Assembly (NCBI GenBank): GCA_016841445.1
Contig: JAENZD010000003.1
Span: forward strand, 31,212 to 95,211
Direction: 5' to 3'
DNA from: Anaerolineaceae bacterium
GTDB lineage: Bacteria > Chloroflexota > Anaerolineae > Anaerolineales > Anaerolineaceae
Length of the DNA: 64,000 nucleotides
Below, piece after piece: positions 30,853 to 41,006 of the stretch. A program made the translations under genes and the position numbers. Every line of letters starts with the position of its first letter. Position 1 is the first letter of the stretch. A model generated the notes under the pieces. It saw only the letters and a program-made list of their open reading frames with translations, was not told the origin of the DNA and ran no database searches.

Positions 30853-31200
30853 ATGTCAGATCGACTGGCAGAATTTGAAAATTACCGAAAAAAGATGAAT
30901 GAACGTATTGACGCTATCGATCACCTGGGGATCAAACGCTTCTTCAACCTGGATACTAAGGCTTATGATGATGGGGCATTAAGTGCAAAAACAAAGGAAT
31001 TATTAGGCCTGGTTGCTTCGATGGTCCTGCGCTGTAATGACTGCATTGACTACCATATCCTGCAGTGTGTGGATGCGGGGTGGACCGATGAAGAGCTTCA
31101 CGAAGCGTTTAATGTTGGTTTGGTCGTCGGGGGAAGTATCGTGATCCCACATCTGCGCCATGCCGTAGAATCACTTGATCTCTACCGTTCACGCAATTAA
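30853..31200 (+). CDS. Carboxymuconolactone decarboxylase/AhpD-like protein
   Basis: KTKELLGL...LRCNDCIDYH (CxxC...H); GAAGGAG SD. Confidence 0.88.
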   Translation: MSDRLAEFENYRKKMNERIDAIDHLGIKRFFNLDTKAYDDGALSAKTKELLGLVASMVLRCNDCIDYHILQCVDAGWTDEELHEAFNVGLVVGGSIVIPHLRHAVESLDLYRSRN

Positions 31201-31208
31201 ATAATGAC

Positions 31209-31235
31209 AAAAAGCCCAATTAGTTTGGGTTTTTT
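31209..31235. terminator. Bidirectional intrinsic terminator
   Basis: AAAAAGCCCAA-TTAGT-TTGGGTTTTTT between convergent genes. Confidence 0.75.
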
Positions 31236-31275
31236 ATTAGAAACGTCAATACCAACCTCACAACTGATATTCAAT

Positions 31276-32037
31276 TTATATGCTGAAATCTGTTCCTATC
31301 CAGTAACCTTCCTCATCGGTATGGATGTGGGGTTCTTCACGGACCTGTAATTTTTCCTCAAGGTAATCCAACCTGGCCAGGACTTGCTGGAGGGATTGAC
31401 CGATGGTGTCAGGCAGCCTGTCATGGTGAAGGTCTGGTGCATCCGATAATCGCTTATGACTGCGCTTAACAACCTGGCCGGGGATCCCGACTACTACAGA
31501 ATCAGGCGGGACTGTTTTTACGACCACAGCGTTTGCCCCAACACGGCTGCCCTCACCAATTTCGATTGCGCCAAGTATCTTTGCCCCTGCGCCGACCACG
31601 ACCTTATCTCCCAGGGTTGGGTGGCGCTTCCCTTTTTCAAGGCTGACACCCCCCAATGTAACATCGTGATAAAGGGTGACATCATTGCCTATTTCGGATG
31701 TTTCACCAATCACAACCCCCATTCCATGATCAATGAAGAATCTCCGTCCGATGACGGCACCTGGATGAATTTCAATCCCTGTCAACCATCGAACAATTTG
31801 GGAAATCCAGCGCGCCAGGAAATAGACTTTTTTAATCCAAAGCCAGTGAGTGATTCGATAACCCCAAATGGCATGCAGTCCGGAATAATTAAAGAGAACC
31901 TCAATCCAATTCCTGGCAGCAGGGTCACGCTGAAGTGCGCAGCGGATATCCTCAATGATCATTCGTAACAGTCCAATCTCTTTTGTGCCTTCATAGCTAT
32001 ATGAAAGTGGTGTTTCGATAATTGTTGTGTTTTGCAT
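31276..32037 (-). CDS. cysE: Serine O-acetyltransferase
   Basis: [32 protein letters not shown] and hexapeptide repeats. Confidence 0.96.
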   Translation of the reverse strand: MQNTTIIETPLSYSYEGTKEIGLLRMIIEDIRCALQRDPAARNWIEVLFNYSGLHAIWGYRITHWLWIKKVYFLARWISQIVRWLTGIEIHPGAVIGRRFFIDHGMGVVIGETSEIGNDVTLYHDVTLGGVSLEKGKRHPTLGDKVVVGAGAKILGAIEIGEGSRVGANAVVVKTVPPDSVVVGIPGQVVKRSHKRLSDAPDLHHDRLPDTIGQSLQQVLARLDYLEEKLQVREEPHIHTDEEGYWIGTDFSI

Positions 32038-32060
32038 TATCCTTCTCCTTTGACTCTACT

Positions 32061-32993
32061 TCATTCACGGATGTCGTCAAACATCGGTGTGCTGAGATAG
32101 CGTTCAGCAAAGGATGGGATTATGACCACGATCAATTTGCCTTTATTTTCAGACCGTTTTGACACTTGAAGGGCAGCCCATGTGGCAGCACCCGATGAAA
32201 TCCCAACCGGAATACCTTCTTCGGTAGCCAGCAGGCGGGCGGTTTGGTATGAGTCGTCTCCCGTCACCTGGATGATTTCATCATAGATGGAGGTGTTGAG
32301 GATAGGTGGGATGAAACCGGCACCAATGCCCATGATCGGATGTGGCCCTTTTTCACCACCTGAAAGGACTGGTGAGGCTTCAGGCTCGACTGCGACAACT
32401 TTAATATTTGAATTAAGTGCTTTTAATGCTTCTCCTGTCCCTGTGATGGTACCGCCGGTGCCGATACCGGCAACAAGCATATCCACCTTGCCGTCCGTAT
32501 CTCGCCAGATTTCTTTTGCTGTTGTTTGCCGATGGATTTCAGGGTTGGCAGGATTGTCAAATTGGTTTGGCATGTAATAGCGCGGATCAGAATCTACCAA
32601 CGCTTTGGCCTTTGCGATCGCACCTCCCATACCTTCTTCACCCGGGGTTAAAATTATCTCGGCTCCCAGGACTTTCATCATCATCTTGCGTTCGTGGCTC
32701 ACGCCTTCGGGCATGGTCAGGATGCATTTATATCCCCTGGCAGCGGCGACAAAGGCCAGGGCAACGCCAGTATTTCCACTGGTGGGCTCAACGATGACAC
32801 TGTTGGGGGTTAGCAACCCCTGATCTTCCGCTGCATTGATCATTGCCACACCAATGCGGTCTTTAACGCTGTGAGCCGGATTAAAATACTCCAGCTTCAG
32901 CGCGATATCGGCGTAGCCGTCATTGTTTAACCGACTTAACCGGACCAGCGGTGTATTTCCGATAAGTTCTGTTATATTGTTATAGATTTTCAT
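32061..32993 (-). CDS. cysK: Cysteine synthase A
   Basis: SVKDRIG PLP lysine, [13 protein letters not shown] and SFAERYLST motifs. Confidence 0.97.
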   Translation of the reverse strand: MKIYNNITELIGNTPLVRLSRLNNDGYADIALKLEYFNPAHSVKDRIGVAMINAAEDQGLLTPNSVIVEPTSGNTGVALAFVAAARGYKCILTMPEGVSHERKMMMKVLGAEIILTPGEEGMGGAIAKAKALVDSDPRYYMPNQFDNPANPEIHRQTTAKEIWRDTDGKVDMLVAGIGTGGTITGTGEALKALNSNIKVVAVEPEASPVLSGGEKGPHPIMGIGAGFIPPILNTSIYDEIIQVTGDDSYQTARLLATEEGIPVGISSGAATWAALQVSKRSENKGKLIVVIIPSFAERYLSTPMFDDIRE

Positions 32994-33030
32994 TCTCGAT
33001 CTCCAAAATTATTCATTTATATTTATTCTT

Positions 33031-33164
33031 AAAAACAAAACCAGCCTGATCTTTGAAATTAGCAGCGGGGCTGAGTCCGCAAATGATCTTTAATCATTGC
33101 GGAAGTAACCGCCGCCCAGATCGACTGGTTGAAAGAATTTCCAGTTAGATTGTCCGAGCGGTGG
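33031..33164 (-). promoter_or_regulatory. Structured attenuator-like leader RNA upstream of cysK
   Basis: AACCAGTCGATCT pairs with AGATCAGGCTGGTT then TTGTTTTT; inner GGCGGCGG/CCGCTGCT and CCGCAATGAT/ATCATTTGCGG; competing ACTGG/CCAGT stem. Confidence 0.65.
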
Positions 33165-33203
33165 CTAGCGGCCCCGCCTCAGACATAAGCACTTAAATAT
33201 CAT
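33165..33203 (-). CDS. Putative Cys leader peptide MIFKCLCLRRGR
   Basis: GGAG 5 nt before ATG 33203; TGC and TGT codons at positions 5 and 7; TAG at 33167-33165. Confidence 0.7.
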   Translation of the reverse strand: MIFKCLCLRRGR

Positions 33204-33238
33204 TGAATCTCCAAGGTAATATGACAATAATTATCATA

Positions 33239-33266
33239 ATTATATTGAAAAAACAGATAATGTCAA
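33239..33266 (-). promoter_or_regulatory. Sigma70-type promoter for leader-cysK-cysE
   Basis: TTGACA (33266-33261), 16 nt, TATAAT (33244-33239). Confidence 0.8.
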
Positions 33267-33515
33267 GAGGGTGTGGAAGAAAATGGGAATAGTGAATGGT
33301 GCGTGGTGAGTAGAAGGTAATCAAGCAATTAGGAGATCAGGCAAACAGGAAATTAGAAATGATCAGATCAAAAACTATGACCTATCAGTTATCGGGTAAA
33401 AGCGAATACTTTTCGGCTTTAAACTATCCGCACCAGCTGCACCCTACAAGGTGCCACGGTTCACCATGCACTAGATCAATAGATTATAATAATCTCCATT
33501 AACATTAATGGAGGC

Positions 33516-34634
33516 ATGATGAACGAGCGTTTAGAAAAACTTACAGGTTTAACGGGAAAAATTGGGCTGGAAGGGGCTGCCATCAATCCTGGTCCGACAC
33601 TCATTTATCTAACAGGTTTGAGCTTTCATTTAATGGAGCGCCCGACACTTTTGCTTGTGACCAAAGCAGGGGGTGGTGTAATAATCCTTCCCCGACTAGA
33701 AAAAGGAAAACTTGAGGGGAAAGATGACCTGTTCCAGTCCTTTACGTATGACGATGACCCGGCGACATGGCATGGTGCGTTTGAAAAGGCGGTTGAAACA
33801 CTAAACATCAGTAATGGAAAGATCGGGGTTGAACCGACCAGGCTCAGATTTCTGGAATTATCTTATCTCAAAGCGGTAATGCCCACCCTTGATTTCGTTG
33901 ATGCCAGCGAGGTTTTCTCAACCCTCCGGATGAACAAAGATGAAGAAGAAATTCAAAAAATGAAGAAGGCAGCAAGCATAGCTCAAAACGCCATGCTTGC
34001 GACATTAAGAAAAATCCGGAGCGGGATGACAGAAAAGGAAGTCGCTAACGAACTCCTTATCCAACTATTACGAGCAGGGGGGGATCCTGAAATGCCATTT
34101 GCGCCCATTGTTGCAATCGGGGATCACAGCGCCAACCCCCACGCTGTTCCTACTGATCGAAAGCTGCAGCGCGGAGATCTGCTTTTGATGGATTGGGGTG
34201 CCAGCTATGAAGGTTATTTCTCTGATATTACCCGCACGTTCACATTTGGTGATGTCGATCCGGAATTAAAGGAGATTAGCCATGTTGTTCTGGAAGCAAA
34301 CACGGCAGCAAGAAATGCGGGCAAGCCAGGAATTGCTGCAGGCACGATTGACCGTGCTGCACGGTCTGTTATCAGCAATGCCGGCTTCGGGGAATACTTT
34401 ATCCACCGCACAGGGCACGGATTGGGAATGGAAGCACATGAGGCACCTTATATCTTCGCAGAAAATGACCTGATCTTATCTCCCGGGGCTGTTTTCACGA
34501 TTGAACCAGGGATCTACCTCCCGGGAAAAGGCGGCGTCAGGATCGAAGACGATGTGGTGATAACTGAAGACGGTTTGGAATCCCTGACTGACATGCCGCG
34601 CCAGGTGCTGCCTCTCGAAAGTTTTATGGATTAA
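33516..34634 (+). CDS. Xaa-Pro peptidase (M24 family)
   Basis: ANPH, DWGA, SDITRT, HRTGHGLG, EPGIY and GVRIEDD motifs. Confidence 0.94.
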   Translation: MMNERLEKLTGLTGKIGLEGAAINPGPTLIYLTGLSFHLMERPTLLLVTKAGGGVIILPRLEKGKLEGKDDLFQSFTYDDDPATWHGAFEKAVETLNISNGKIGVEPTRLRFLELSYLKAVMPTLDFVDASEVFSTLRMNKDEEEIQKMKKAASIAQNAMLATLRKIRSGMTEKEVANELLIQLLRAGGDPEMPFAPIVAIGDHSANPHAVPTDRKLQRGDLLLMDWGASYEGYFSDITRTFTFGDVDPELKEISHVVLEANTAARNAGKPGIAAGTIDRAARSVISNAGFGEYFIHRTGHGLGMEAHEAPYIFAENDLILSPGAVFTIEPGIYLPGKGGVRIEDDVVITEDGLESLTDMPRQVLPLESFMD

Positions 34635-34646
34635 AGGCGAATATCT

Positions 34647-35816
34647 GTGTCTCGTGATTTGAAGGTCGTTTCAGCTGCAATGTTGATTTGGGGTTTTGGG
34701 GAAGGAATGTTCTTTATTTTTCAACCCCTCTACATCCAGCAGTTGGGGGCCAGTCCTATATTAATCGGAACCATTCTCGGTATCAATGGCCTGGTGATGG
34801 CCCTCTTCCAGATGCCTGCAGGCTACCTTTCAGATAAAATTGGACGCCGCCCGATGATCCGGTTCTCATTCATCGCCGGGGCGGTTGCAACCTTTGTGAT
34901 GGCACTTGCGCCATCATTAGCATTGTTCGTGGTCGGTTTATTGTTTTATGGTTTGACATCTTCCGTGATGGCACCCCTCAACACCTATATCCAGGGTGCC
35001 CGTGGAAAGTGGTCTGTGGGTAGAGCACTTAGTTTTGTTTCAGCGGCATATCAATTGGGTGGTGTATTAGGCCCATTGGTTGGGGGAGTGATTGGTGAAA
35101 ATATAAGCTTACGGTCGGTCTATTTTTTCTCTGGTTTTGTTTTTGTCCTGTCTGCTATCATCGTCCTTTTCGCGAGGAAACAGTCTTTTTCGGAAATGAC
35201 TTCGCTTGCAAGCGACGGACATTTATTGCAAAACAAACGCTACCTGGGCATGCTGGTTGTTATATTGTTTGTGATGTTCGCCGTTACGCTGCCCCAGTCT
35301 TTGAGTGCCAACTTCTTGCAGAACCGGCGGGGATTATCAGTCAGGGAGATCGGCGAGATCGGTTCGATTGGCGCTGTGGGCAGCGTCATGATCATGTTGA
35401 TCTTTGGGCATTTGCATGCAGGGGGTGCGATGTTGGTCGGCCAGGTCGGGGTACTGCTGTTCACGCTGCTGCTGTGGCAGGGAAGAGCCCCTGTATGGTA
35501 TGGTTTGGGTTATATATTTTTAGGCGGATTCCGGCTTTGCAGGGCAATGACGGTTGCCTGGGTCCAGCCGGTGGTACGGGAGCATGAGGTCGGGCTTGCT
35601 TTTGGGATTGTTGAATCGCTGAATGCGTTTGCGATGATGATCGCACCGATCATTGCGGGTTTTCTCTATGATTGGCAGCCAGCATCGATTTTTTGGATGG
35701 GCTCAGTCGTGCTGATCTTAACCTTATCCGTTACAGCAGGAACTGTGTTGAAAAAGCACAGACCTGCATTAGAGGTCTCGTTAATGAATAGTGACGAAGT
35801 GAGAGAAGATGCTTGA
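34647..35816 (+). CDS. MFS transporter
   Basis: GYLSDKIGRR motif A; about 12 TMs. Confidence 0.9.
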   Translation: MSRDLKVVSAAMLIWGFGEGMFFIFQPLYIQQLGASPILIGTILGINGLVMALFQMPAGYLSDKIGRRPMIRFSFIAGAVATFVMALAPSLALFVVGLLFYGLTSSVMAPLNTYIQGARGKWSVGRALSFVSAAYQLGGVLGPLVGGVIGENISLRSVYFFSGFVFVLSAIIVLFARKQSFSEMTSLASDGHLLQNKRYLGMLVVILFVMFAVTLPQSLSANFLQNRRGLSVREIGEIGSIGAVGSVMIMLIFGHLHAGGAMLVGQVGVLLFTLLLWQGRAPVWYGLGYIFLGGFRLCRAMTVAWVQPVVREHEVGLAFGIVESLNAFAMMIAPIIAGFLYDWQPASIFWMGSVVLILTLSVTAGTVLKKHRPALEVSLMNSDEVREDA

Positions 35817-36453
35817 AATATTAAGGCTTACATTAGGCCCATTGCCCAATAATGTTTATCTGCTGGCAGATACTGATACGAAAGATGCCGTGGTGATTGA
35901 TCCGAGTTACGATGCGAAGGTTTTGCTCCAGAGAGCGACACAACGAGGATGGACCTTAAAGCAGATCTGGCTGACCCATGCTCATTTTGACCATATTGCA
36001 GGCGCGAGCGAAATTGCCAACGCTTTTGATCCACCGCTGCCGGTTGGGCTACATCCTGCAGATGGAGATTGGTATAGAGATGGTGGGGGTGCATCGCGGT
36101 TTGGATTAACCATTCCACAACCGCCGGAACCCTTGATTTGGTTTGAACACGGACAGCATCTATCCATTGCAGCGGGAGGTGACCACGTGGTCGCTGTCCG
36201 CCACGCACCAGGTCACAGCCCGGGTCACGTGATGTTTTACTGCGAGCCATCAGGTGTTTTATTCTGCGGTGATGTGATCTTTCGGCAGGGGATTGGACGA
36301 ACCGATTTAACCGGTGGGGATTTGGAAATTTTGCTGAAAAGCATCAGGGAAGAGGTGTTTTCATTGCCAAACGAGACTCGGCTGCTGCCGGGTCATGGAC
36401 CGGAGAGCACGGTCGGTTACGAGAAGAGGCATAATCCATTTGTAATAAATTGA
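35809..36453 (+). CDS. MBL-fold hydrolase (glyoxalase II/YcbL-like)
   Basis: THAHFDH, PGHSPG, GD and PGHG motifs. Confidence 0.9.
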   Translation: MLEILRLTLGPLPNNVYLLADTDTKDAVVIDPSYDAKVLLQRATQRGWTLKQIWLTHAHFDHIAGASEIANAFDPPLPVGLHPADGDWYRDGGGASRFGLTIPQPPEPLIWFEHGQHLSIAAGGDHVVAVRHAPGHSPGHVMFYCEPSGVLFCGDVIFRQGIGRTDLTGGDLEILLKSIREEVFSLPNETRLLPGHGPESTVGYEKRHNPFVIN

Positions 36454-36476
36454 TGTAAACGCGGATTTTTAAGTAA

Positions 36477-36507
36477 AATGGCGGGATGCAACCTGCATCC
36501 CGCCATT
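36477..36507. terminator. 14-bp perfect hairpin between convergent genes
   Basis: AATGGCGGGATGCA-ACC-TGCATCCCGCCATT; weak U-tract. Confidence 0.65.
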
Positions 36508-36517
36508 GATAAGTTTG

Positions 36518-38047
36518 TTATTTTGCGTATTCCGTTGCCCGGCTTTCGCGGATCACTGTCACCCGGATCTGACCGGGGTACTGCATCGTTTCCTCGATTT
36601 GCTGGGCGATGTTCTTTGCCATGCGGTTTGCTTCCACATCATCGATTTCTTCTGGTTTGACGATGATTCGGACTTCACGACCGGCCTGAATGGCAAAACT
36701 CTGCTCCACACCGTTGTAGCCGTTGGCAATGTTTTCAAGAGACCGCAGGCGTTTGATATATTGTTCAAGGTCTTCACGCCGTGCCCCAGGGCGAGCACCA
36801 GAAATAGCATCTGAGGCTTCGACAATCACCGCTTCAACAGACTCCTGGTCGACCTCATGGTGGTGTGCTGCAATGATGTTGACGACTTTGCTGTTGACAC
36901 CGTACCGGGCTGCGAATTCTGCGCCGAGCTGGGCGTGGGTTCCTTCGGTGTTGTGATCCATGGCTTTACCGAGGTCATGGAGCAAGGCACCTGCCTTTGA
37001 AATTTCTACATTCGCGCCAAGTTCTGCTGCAATCACGCTGGCGATCTTGGCCGTTTCAACAGCATGGGCTAATTGGTTCTGACCATACGACGTTCGGAAT
37101 TTCAGGCGTCCCATTTTTTTAAGGATTTCGTTGTGCAAACCGGCGACACCAGCTTCATAAGCAGCTTCTTCACCAGCCTCAACGATATCATCTTCCATTT
37201 GCTCATTTTCCTCTTTGATGATCTTTTCAATATTGGCCGGATGAATGCGCCCATCGATCACCAGCCTGGAAAGAGCACGCCGGGCGATCTCTCTGCGAAC
37301 GGAATCAAAGCAAGAAACTGTGACAGCTTCCGGGGTATCGTCTACGATCACATCCACACCTGAAACCTGTTCGAACGCTCGAATATTGCGTCCATTGCGT
37401 CCGACGATCCTGCCTTTCATTTCTTCATTCGGGAGGTTGACGACTGACGTTGTGACCTCCGCGACCTTTTCGGAAGCGACTCTCTGGATGGCATCTGCGA
37501 TTAATTCCCGAGCGCGGGCATTTCCCTTTTCACGGGCTTCACTCTCGATTTGCCGGATGATCCGGGCCATATCTGCCCGGGATTCCTTCTCGGTTTCCGC
37601 CAGGATGACTTCCCGAGCTTCTTCTGTTGTCATCTGGGCAACCTTTTGGAGCTCTTCTGTGACATCTTCATACAGCTTGTCAATCTCATTTGTGCGTTTG
37701 TCAATACTGGACTGGCGTTTGTTCAGACGCTGTTCACGGTCCTCATATTTTTCCAGACGGCGGTCTAATTCCTCACGTCTTTTCTGTAAGCGGTCATCTT
37801 CCCTGCTCAGCTCATTGCGGCGGTTGTTAAGTTCTACTTCAGCTTTTTGTGTAATGCTGAGCGCGGTGTCCTTTGCCTCTAATTCAATCTCTCGTGCTTT
37901 TTCTCGGGCTTCTGTGATGATATGATCTGCTTTGAGATTTTGTGCTTTACGTTTGTTTTCGGCAATGGTTTGTTTGATTAAATATCCAATCAAACCGCCC
38001 ACGACGAGCGCGGCTGCGCCAATGATGATAATTAATTCGGGTCTCAT
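36518..38047 (-). CDS. rny: Ribonuclease Y
   Basis: N-terminal TM, coiled coil, KH (GRIVGRNG), HD (LLHDLGK), ISGARPGAR; start ATG 38047. Confidence 0.97.
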   Translation of the reverse strand: MRPELIIIIGAAALVVGGLIGYLIKQTIAENKRKAQNLKADHIITEAREKAREIELEAKDTALSITQKAEVELNNRRNELSREDDRLQKRREELDRRLEKYEDREQRLNKRQSSIDKRTNEIDKLYEDVTEELQKVAQMTTEEAREVILAETEKESRADMARIIRQIESEAREKGNARARELIADAIQRVASEKVAEVTTSVVNLPNEEMKGRIVGRNGRNIRAFEQVSGVDVIVDDTPEAVTVSCFDSVRREIARRALSRLVIDGRIHPANIEKIIKEENEQMEDDIVEAGEEAAYEAGVAGLHNEILKKMGRLKFRTSYGQNQLAHAVETAKIASVIAAELGANVEISKAGALLHDLGKAMDHNTEGTHAQLGAEFAARYGVNSKVVNIIAAHHHEVDQESVEAVIVEASDAISGARPGARREDLEQYIKRLRSLENIANGYNGVEQSFAIQAGREVRIIVKPEEIDDVEANRMAKNIAQQIEETMQYPGQIRVTVIRESRATEYAK

Positions 38048-38063
38048 AACTTCACTCCAATTT

Positions 38064-38720
38064 TTAATGATCAGGCAAGCGCTCATCAAGAGGTGATGAA
38101 AATTCTTTCCAAAGGCGTTCGACGGCAGGTTTGACGATACCGTAATGGAATCCACGGCGACCTAAGAAACCGCCAACTTTCTTTTGAAAATCGAACTTGC
38201 TTTCATGCTGGCATTGTTTTGCTTTCTTAATCCCAGCTTGGTAGGCCAGTTCATTTTCATCACCAGCATACTTTTCAAGCGCTTGTTTTATTTTGTCCTC
38301 TGCAAGACCTTTAAGTCTTAGTTCATATGCCAGGAGCCGTTCGCTGCGTGGGCGGAATGTGTTTCTGTTCTCGATCCACTGTCTTGCAAAATCGAGGTCA
38401 TCCAGCCATTTCTTCTCAAGCAGTTTATCAATCGTGGTCTCTATCACATCGCTGCTGAAGCCTTTTTCATTAAGACGACGACGGGTCTCTTCAATTGATC
38501 TGGGTCTGTACTGGATAAATTGAAGCGCTTTTTGAAATGCGACTTCATAAGTATCCTTTATCAAGAGGGTTTCAATCTCAGCCTGGGATAATTTCCGTCC
38601 AGGTTCTAGCCAGCCAGCAACAAATCGGGATAATCCAAAAGCGAATTCGCCATCCAGGTAAATACTCACCCGTTGATGGTTCCGTTTCTGTGCTTTTATG
38701 GCAGTGATCTCACGTTCCAT
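38064..38720 (-). CDS. recX: Regulatory protein RecX
   Basis: RVSIYLDG, RPRS repeats, WLDDLDFA and FLGRRGF motifs. Confidence 0.9.
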   Translation of the reverse strand: MEREITAIKAQKRNHQRVSIYLDGEFAFGLSRFVAGWLEPGRKLSQAEIETLLIKDTYEVAFQKALQFIQYRPRSIEETRRRLNEKGFSSDVIETTIDKLLEKKWLDDLDFARQWIENRNTFRPRSERLLAYELRLKGLAEDKIKQALEKYAGDENELAYQAGIKKAKQCQHESKFDFQKKVGGFLGRRGFHYGIVKPAVERLWKEFSSPLDERLPDH

Positions 38721-38744
38721 CGTCAACTTCTTAAATAAAAGACA

Positions 38745-38772
38745 GCCGTAACGCTCCCTGAGCGGCTACGGC
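38745..38772 (-). terminator. Terminator-like hairpin just upstream of recX
   Basis: GCCGTAGCCGCTC-AGG-GAGCGTTACGGC followed by TGTCTTTTATTT on the minus strand. Confidence 0.5.
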
Positions 38773-39334
38773 CGTTATATCAGTTAGGTTCCCTGATGGT
38801 TTAATGATGAGAGAATAGACTAAAATCTAAACTGGTAACTGATACTATGTTCCAAATCCAAACGGTCGGTTAAGATGACACATTTGAGATGAGATGACCA
38901 TATCTATCCTAAACATCATATTTGACTCAAACCTTGTTAACGATGAATTATTTTTTAAACTGACTTCGTACTGTTATCAAAGACAAGTTTGAGATCATAC
39001 AAAAATTCCAATACCAGGCGGGACGCCGGCGAACAATTTGCGTGCGGTTCTTTATGATATTATGATCGCAGCCAGAACTTCTCAGGCGGCAGAAAACAAA
39101 TTTTTAATTTTTTTCTAAGTCTTTCGACTTATTTACGTTTTTAATTATACAATAAAAAATCATTAAATGAAGCCCTACCATGAATTTGCTAAAAGCAGCT
39201 TATTCATCATTAAAACCTATGACGCGTGCATGAAGTTAGCTCATTAAATTCTAAAGGGATTGTATTGACAGATGGTGATGGTGGATATTGAAAAAATTTT
39301 GGTTATTTCTTCAAGTCATGTTAAAATAAAGACT

Positions 39335-39793
39335 ATGGATACAAATAGAAATAAAATTGATCATGAATTGCAAAAAAGGGAAAGCTATCTACGTCACCGC
39401 AGGCAGCGTTTCTGGCAAATCTGGGTACCGTTGATCATTATTACGCTGGTCATCCTGGGCGCAGCAGCGTTAATGATCATGACCTTAACAGGAACGAATA
39501 CGGGTATCAGCTTATCTCAATATGGGGACACCGCTCTGATCTGGATTTTCGTACCACTGCTCTTAATCGCTGTGGTTATTGCTGTGGCGCTAGCTGGGGT
39601 CATCATTCTGAACGGCAAGGTCCTAAGAAACCTGCCCCGTTACGCCCATCCCGTGCAGAAAGTATTTTCACAGGTCTCTGGGAAAGTTGGCAACCTGGCT
39701 CAGAAGGTGGTAAAGCCTATCATCAGCATCAAAAGCATTGGTGCTGGTGTGAGCAAAGCATTCTCTTCGATATCAGGTCTTTTCAAGAAATAA
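39335..39793 (+). CDS. Hypothetical two-TM membrane protein
   Basis: Two hydrophobic helices plus amphipathic tail; start at ATG 39335, 7 nt after TGtTAAAAT. Confidence 0.7.
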   Translation: MDTNRNKIDHELQKRESYLRHRRQRFWQIWVPLIIITLVILGAAALMIMTLTGTNTGISLSQYGDTALIWIFVPLLLIAVVIAVALAGVIILNGKVLRNLPRYAHPVQKVFSQVSGKVGNLAQKVVKPIISIKSIGAGVSKAFSSISGLFKK

Positions 39794-39853
39794 GGTAGCC
39801 TATTTCTTGGAACTTATGATAGTTAATGATCCGAATTATGAAAAGGAATAAAA

Positions 39854-40054
39854 ATGGAAAACAATGGGAAATCAAAAATCATTATCTTAGGCACGATTTT
39901 AGGTGCGCTTGTTGGTGCAGCCTCAGCGTTTTTATTGGTTAAAAGAGCGGAAAGCGCAAATCAGGATCCAAAACTATCCCCAGGTGAGGGGATCCAGGTT
40001 GGTCTGGGGGTATTAGGCGTGATGCGATTAATTGCCGGGTTTGGTAAAGAGTAA
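39854..40054 (+). CDS. Small hypothetical protein
   Basis: 66 aa, AAGGA SD, hydrophobic GALVGAA helix. Confidence 0.65.
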   Translation: MENNGKSKIIILGTILGALVGAASAFLLVKRAESANQDPKLSPGEGIQVGLGVLGVMRLIAGFGKE

Positions 40055-40079
40055 TCAGTTATAGACCTGGGCTTTTCAA

Positions 40080-41006
40080 TTGTTTGATATCGTATTTTTA
40101 GGCACATCAGCCTCAGCACCGTCGGTGCATCGTGGACTATCTTCATTGCTGGTTCAGCATGATGAGTTCCGTTTCCTGATCGACTGTGGTGAAGGTACGC
40201 AGCGCCAGATTTTGCGCTCCGGTGTTGGTTTCAAGCGGCTTAACCAGATTCTGCTGACCCATGGACACCTTGATCATATCCTGGGTTTGGGGGGCCTGGT
40301 TTCAACCTTCCTGCGGTGGGAGGTGATGGAAGAGATCGAAATTTATGGCACGCAGCATACATTAAGCCGGGTTTATGATCTGATTTTTGGCGTAGTCTTA
40401 CGCGGCTATCACGGTAAACCACCTGTTCTACTGCACGAGCTTGAACCGGGGTTGTTCCTTGAAACGGAGAAATTTACCATTAGCGCATTTCCTGTGGCTC
40501 ATCGCGGCTCAGATTCTCTCGGCTATGTTTTCGAAGAGAAAAGCAGGCGTCCTTTTTTACCAGAGAAAGCAGAAGCATTGAAAATCCCGCCGGGTCCCTG
40601 GCGGAAAGACCTGGTCGTAGGCAAAGAGGTATCGCTGCCTGATGGCAGGATCATTCACCCTGATCAGGTGCTGGGTGAATCTCGCAAGGGTATTTCGCTG
40701 GTCGTTGTGGGGGATACCGGAAAACCTGATAAGCTCCTGCCGTATATTGAAGATGCTGATGCCCTGGTGATTGAATCAACATATACCCAGGAGGAACGAG
40801 ATCTTGCCGACCGGTTCGACCATCTCACAGCTGCGCAAGCAGCAGAATTAGCAAAACAAGCCGGGGTCAGGCAGCTATACCTGACTCATCTTTCCCGTCG
40901 CTACCGGGAAAAAGACGTACTGGAAGAAGCCCAAACAATCTTTGAAAATGTCTGTGTTGCTCGAGATTTTGACCACTTCCAGGTTCGCCGAGAAGATGAC
41001 AACTAA
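40080..41006 (+). CDS. rnz: Ribonuclease Z
   Basis: FLGT...P, DCGEGTQ, THGHLDH, PPGP exosite, GDT, ESTY and LTHLSRRY motifs. Confidence 0.93.
   Translation: MFDIVFLGTSASAPSVHRGLSSLLVQHDEFRFLIDCGEGTQRQILRSGVGFKRLNQILLTHGHLDHILGLGGLVSTFLRWEVMEEIEIYGTQHTLSRVYDLIFGVVLRGYHGKPPVLLHELEPGLFLETEKFTISAFPVAHRGSDSLGYVFEEKSRRPFLPEKAEALKIPPGPWRKDLVVGKEVSLPDGRIIHPDQVLGESRKGISLVVVGDTGKPDKLLPYIEDADALVIESTYTQEERDLADRFDHLTAAQAAELAKQAGVRQLYLTHLSRRYREKDVLEEAQTIFENVCVARDFDHFQVRREDDN

Noticed and set aside
33000-33240. T-box or SAM-I riboswitch upstream of cysK
   Set aside because: No GGTGGNACC T-box bulge and no SAM-I core (ATC...GAT P1, AGAG, GCAAC) found by eye on the minus strand
37245-37925. 226-aa plus-strand ORF and similar long shadow ORFs (234-731, 16808-17335, 27035-27616, 50085-50609)
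   Set aside because: Antisense to well-supported genes, with no motifs or SD; expected from codon bias
38850-38870. LexA (GAAC-N4-GTTC) box upstream of recX
   Set aside because: Best candidate GATACTATGTTC has two mismatches in the left half-site
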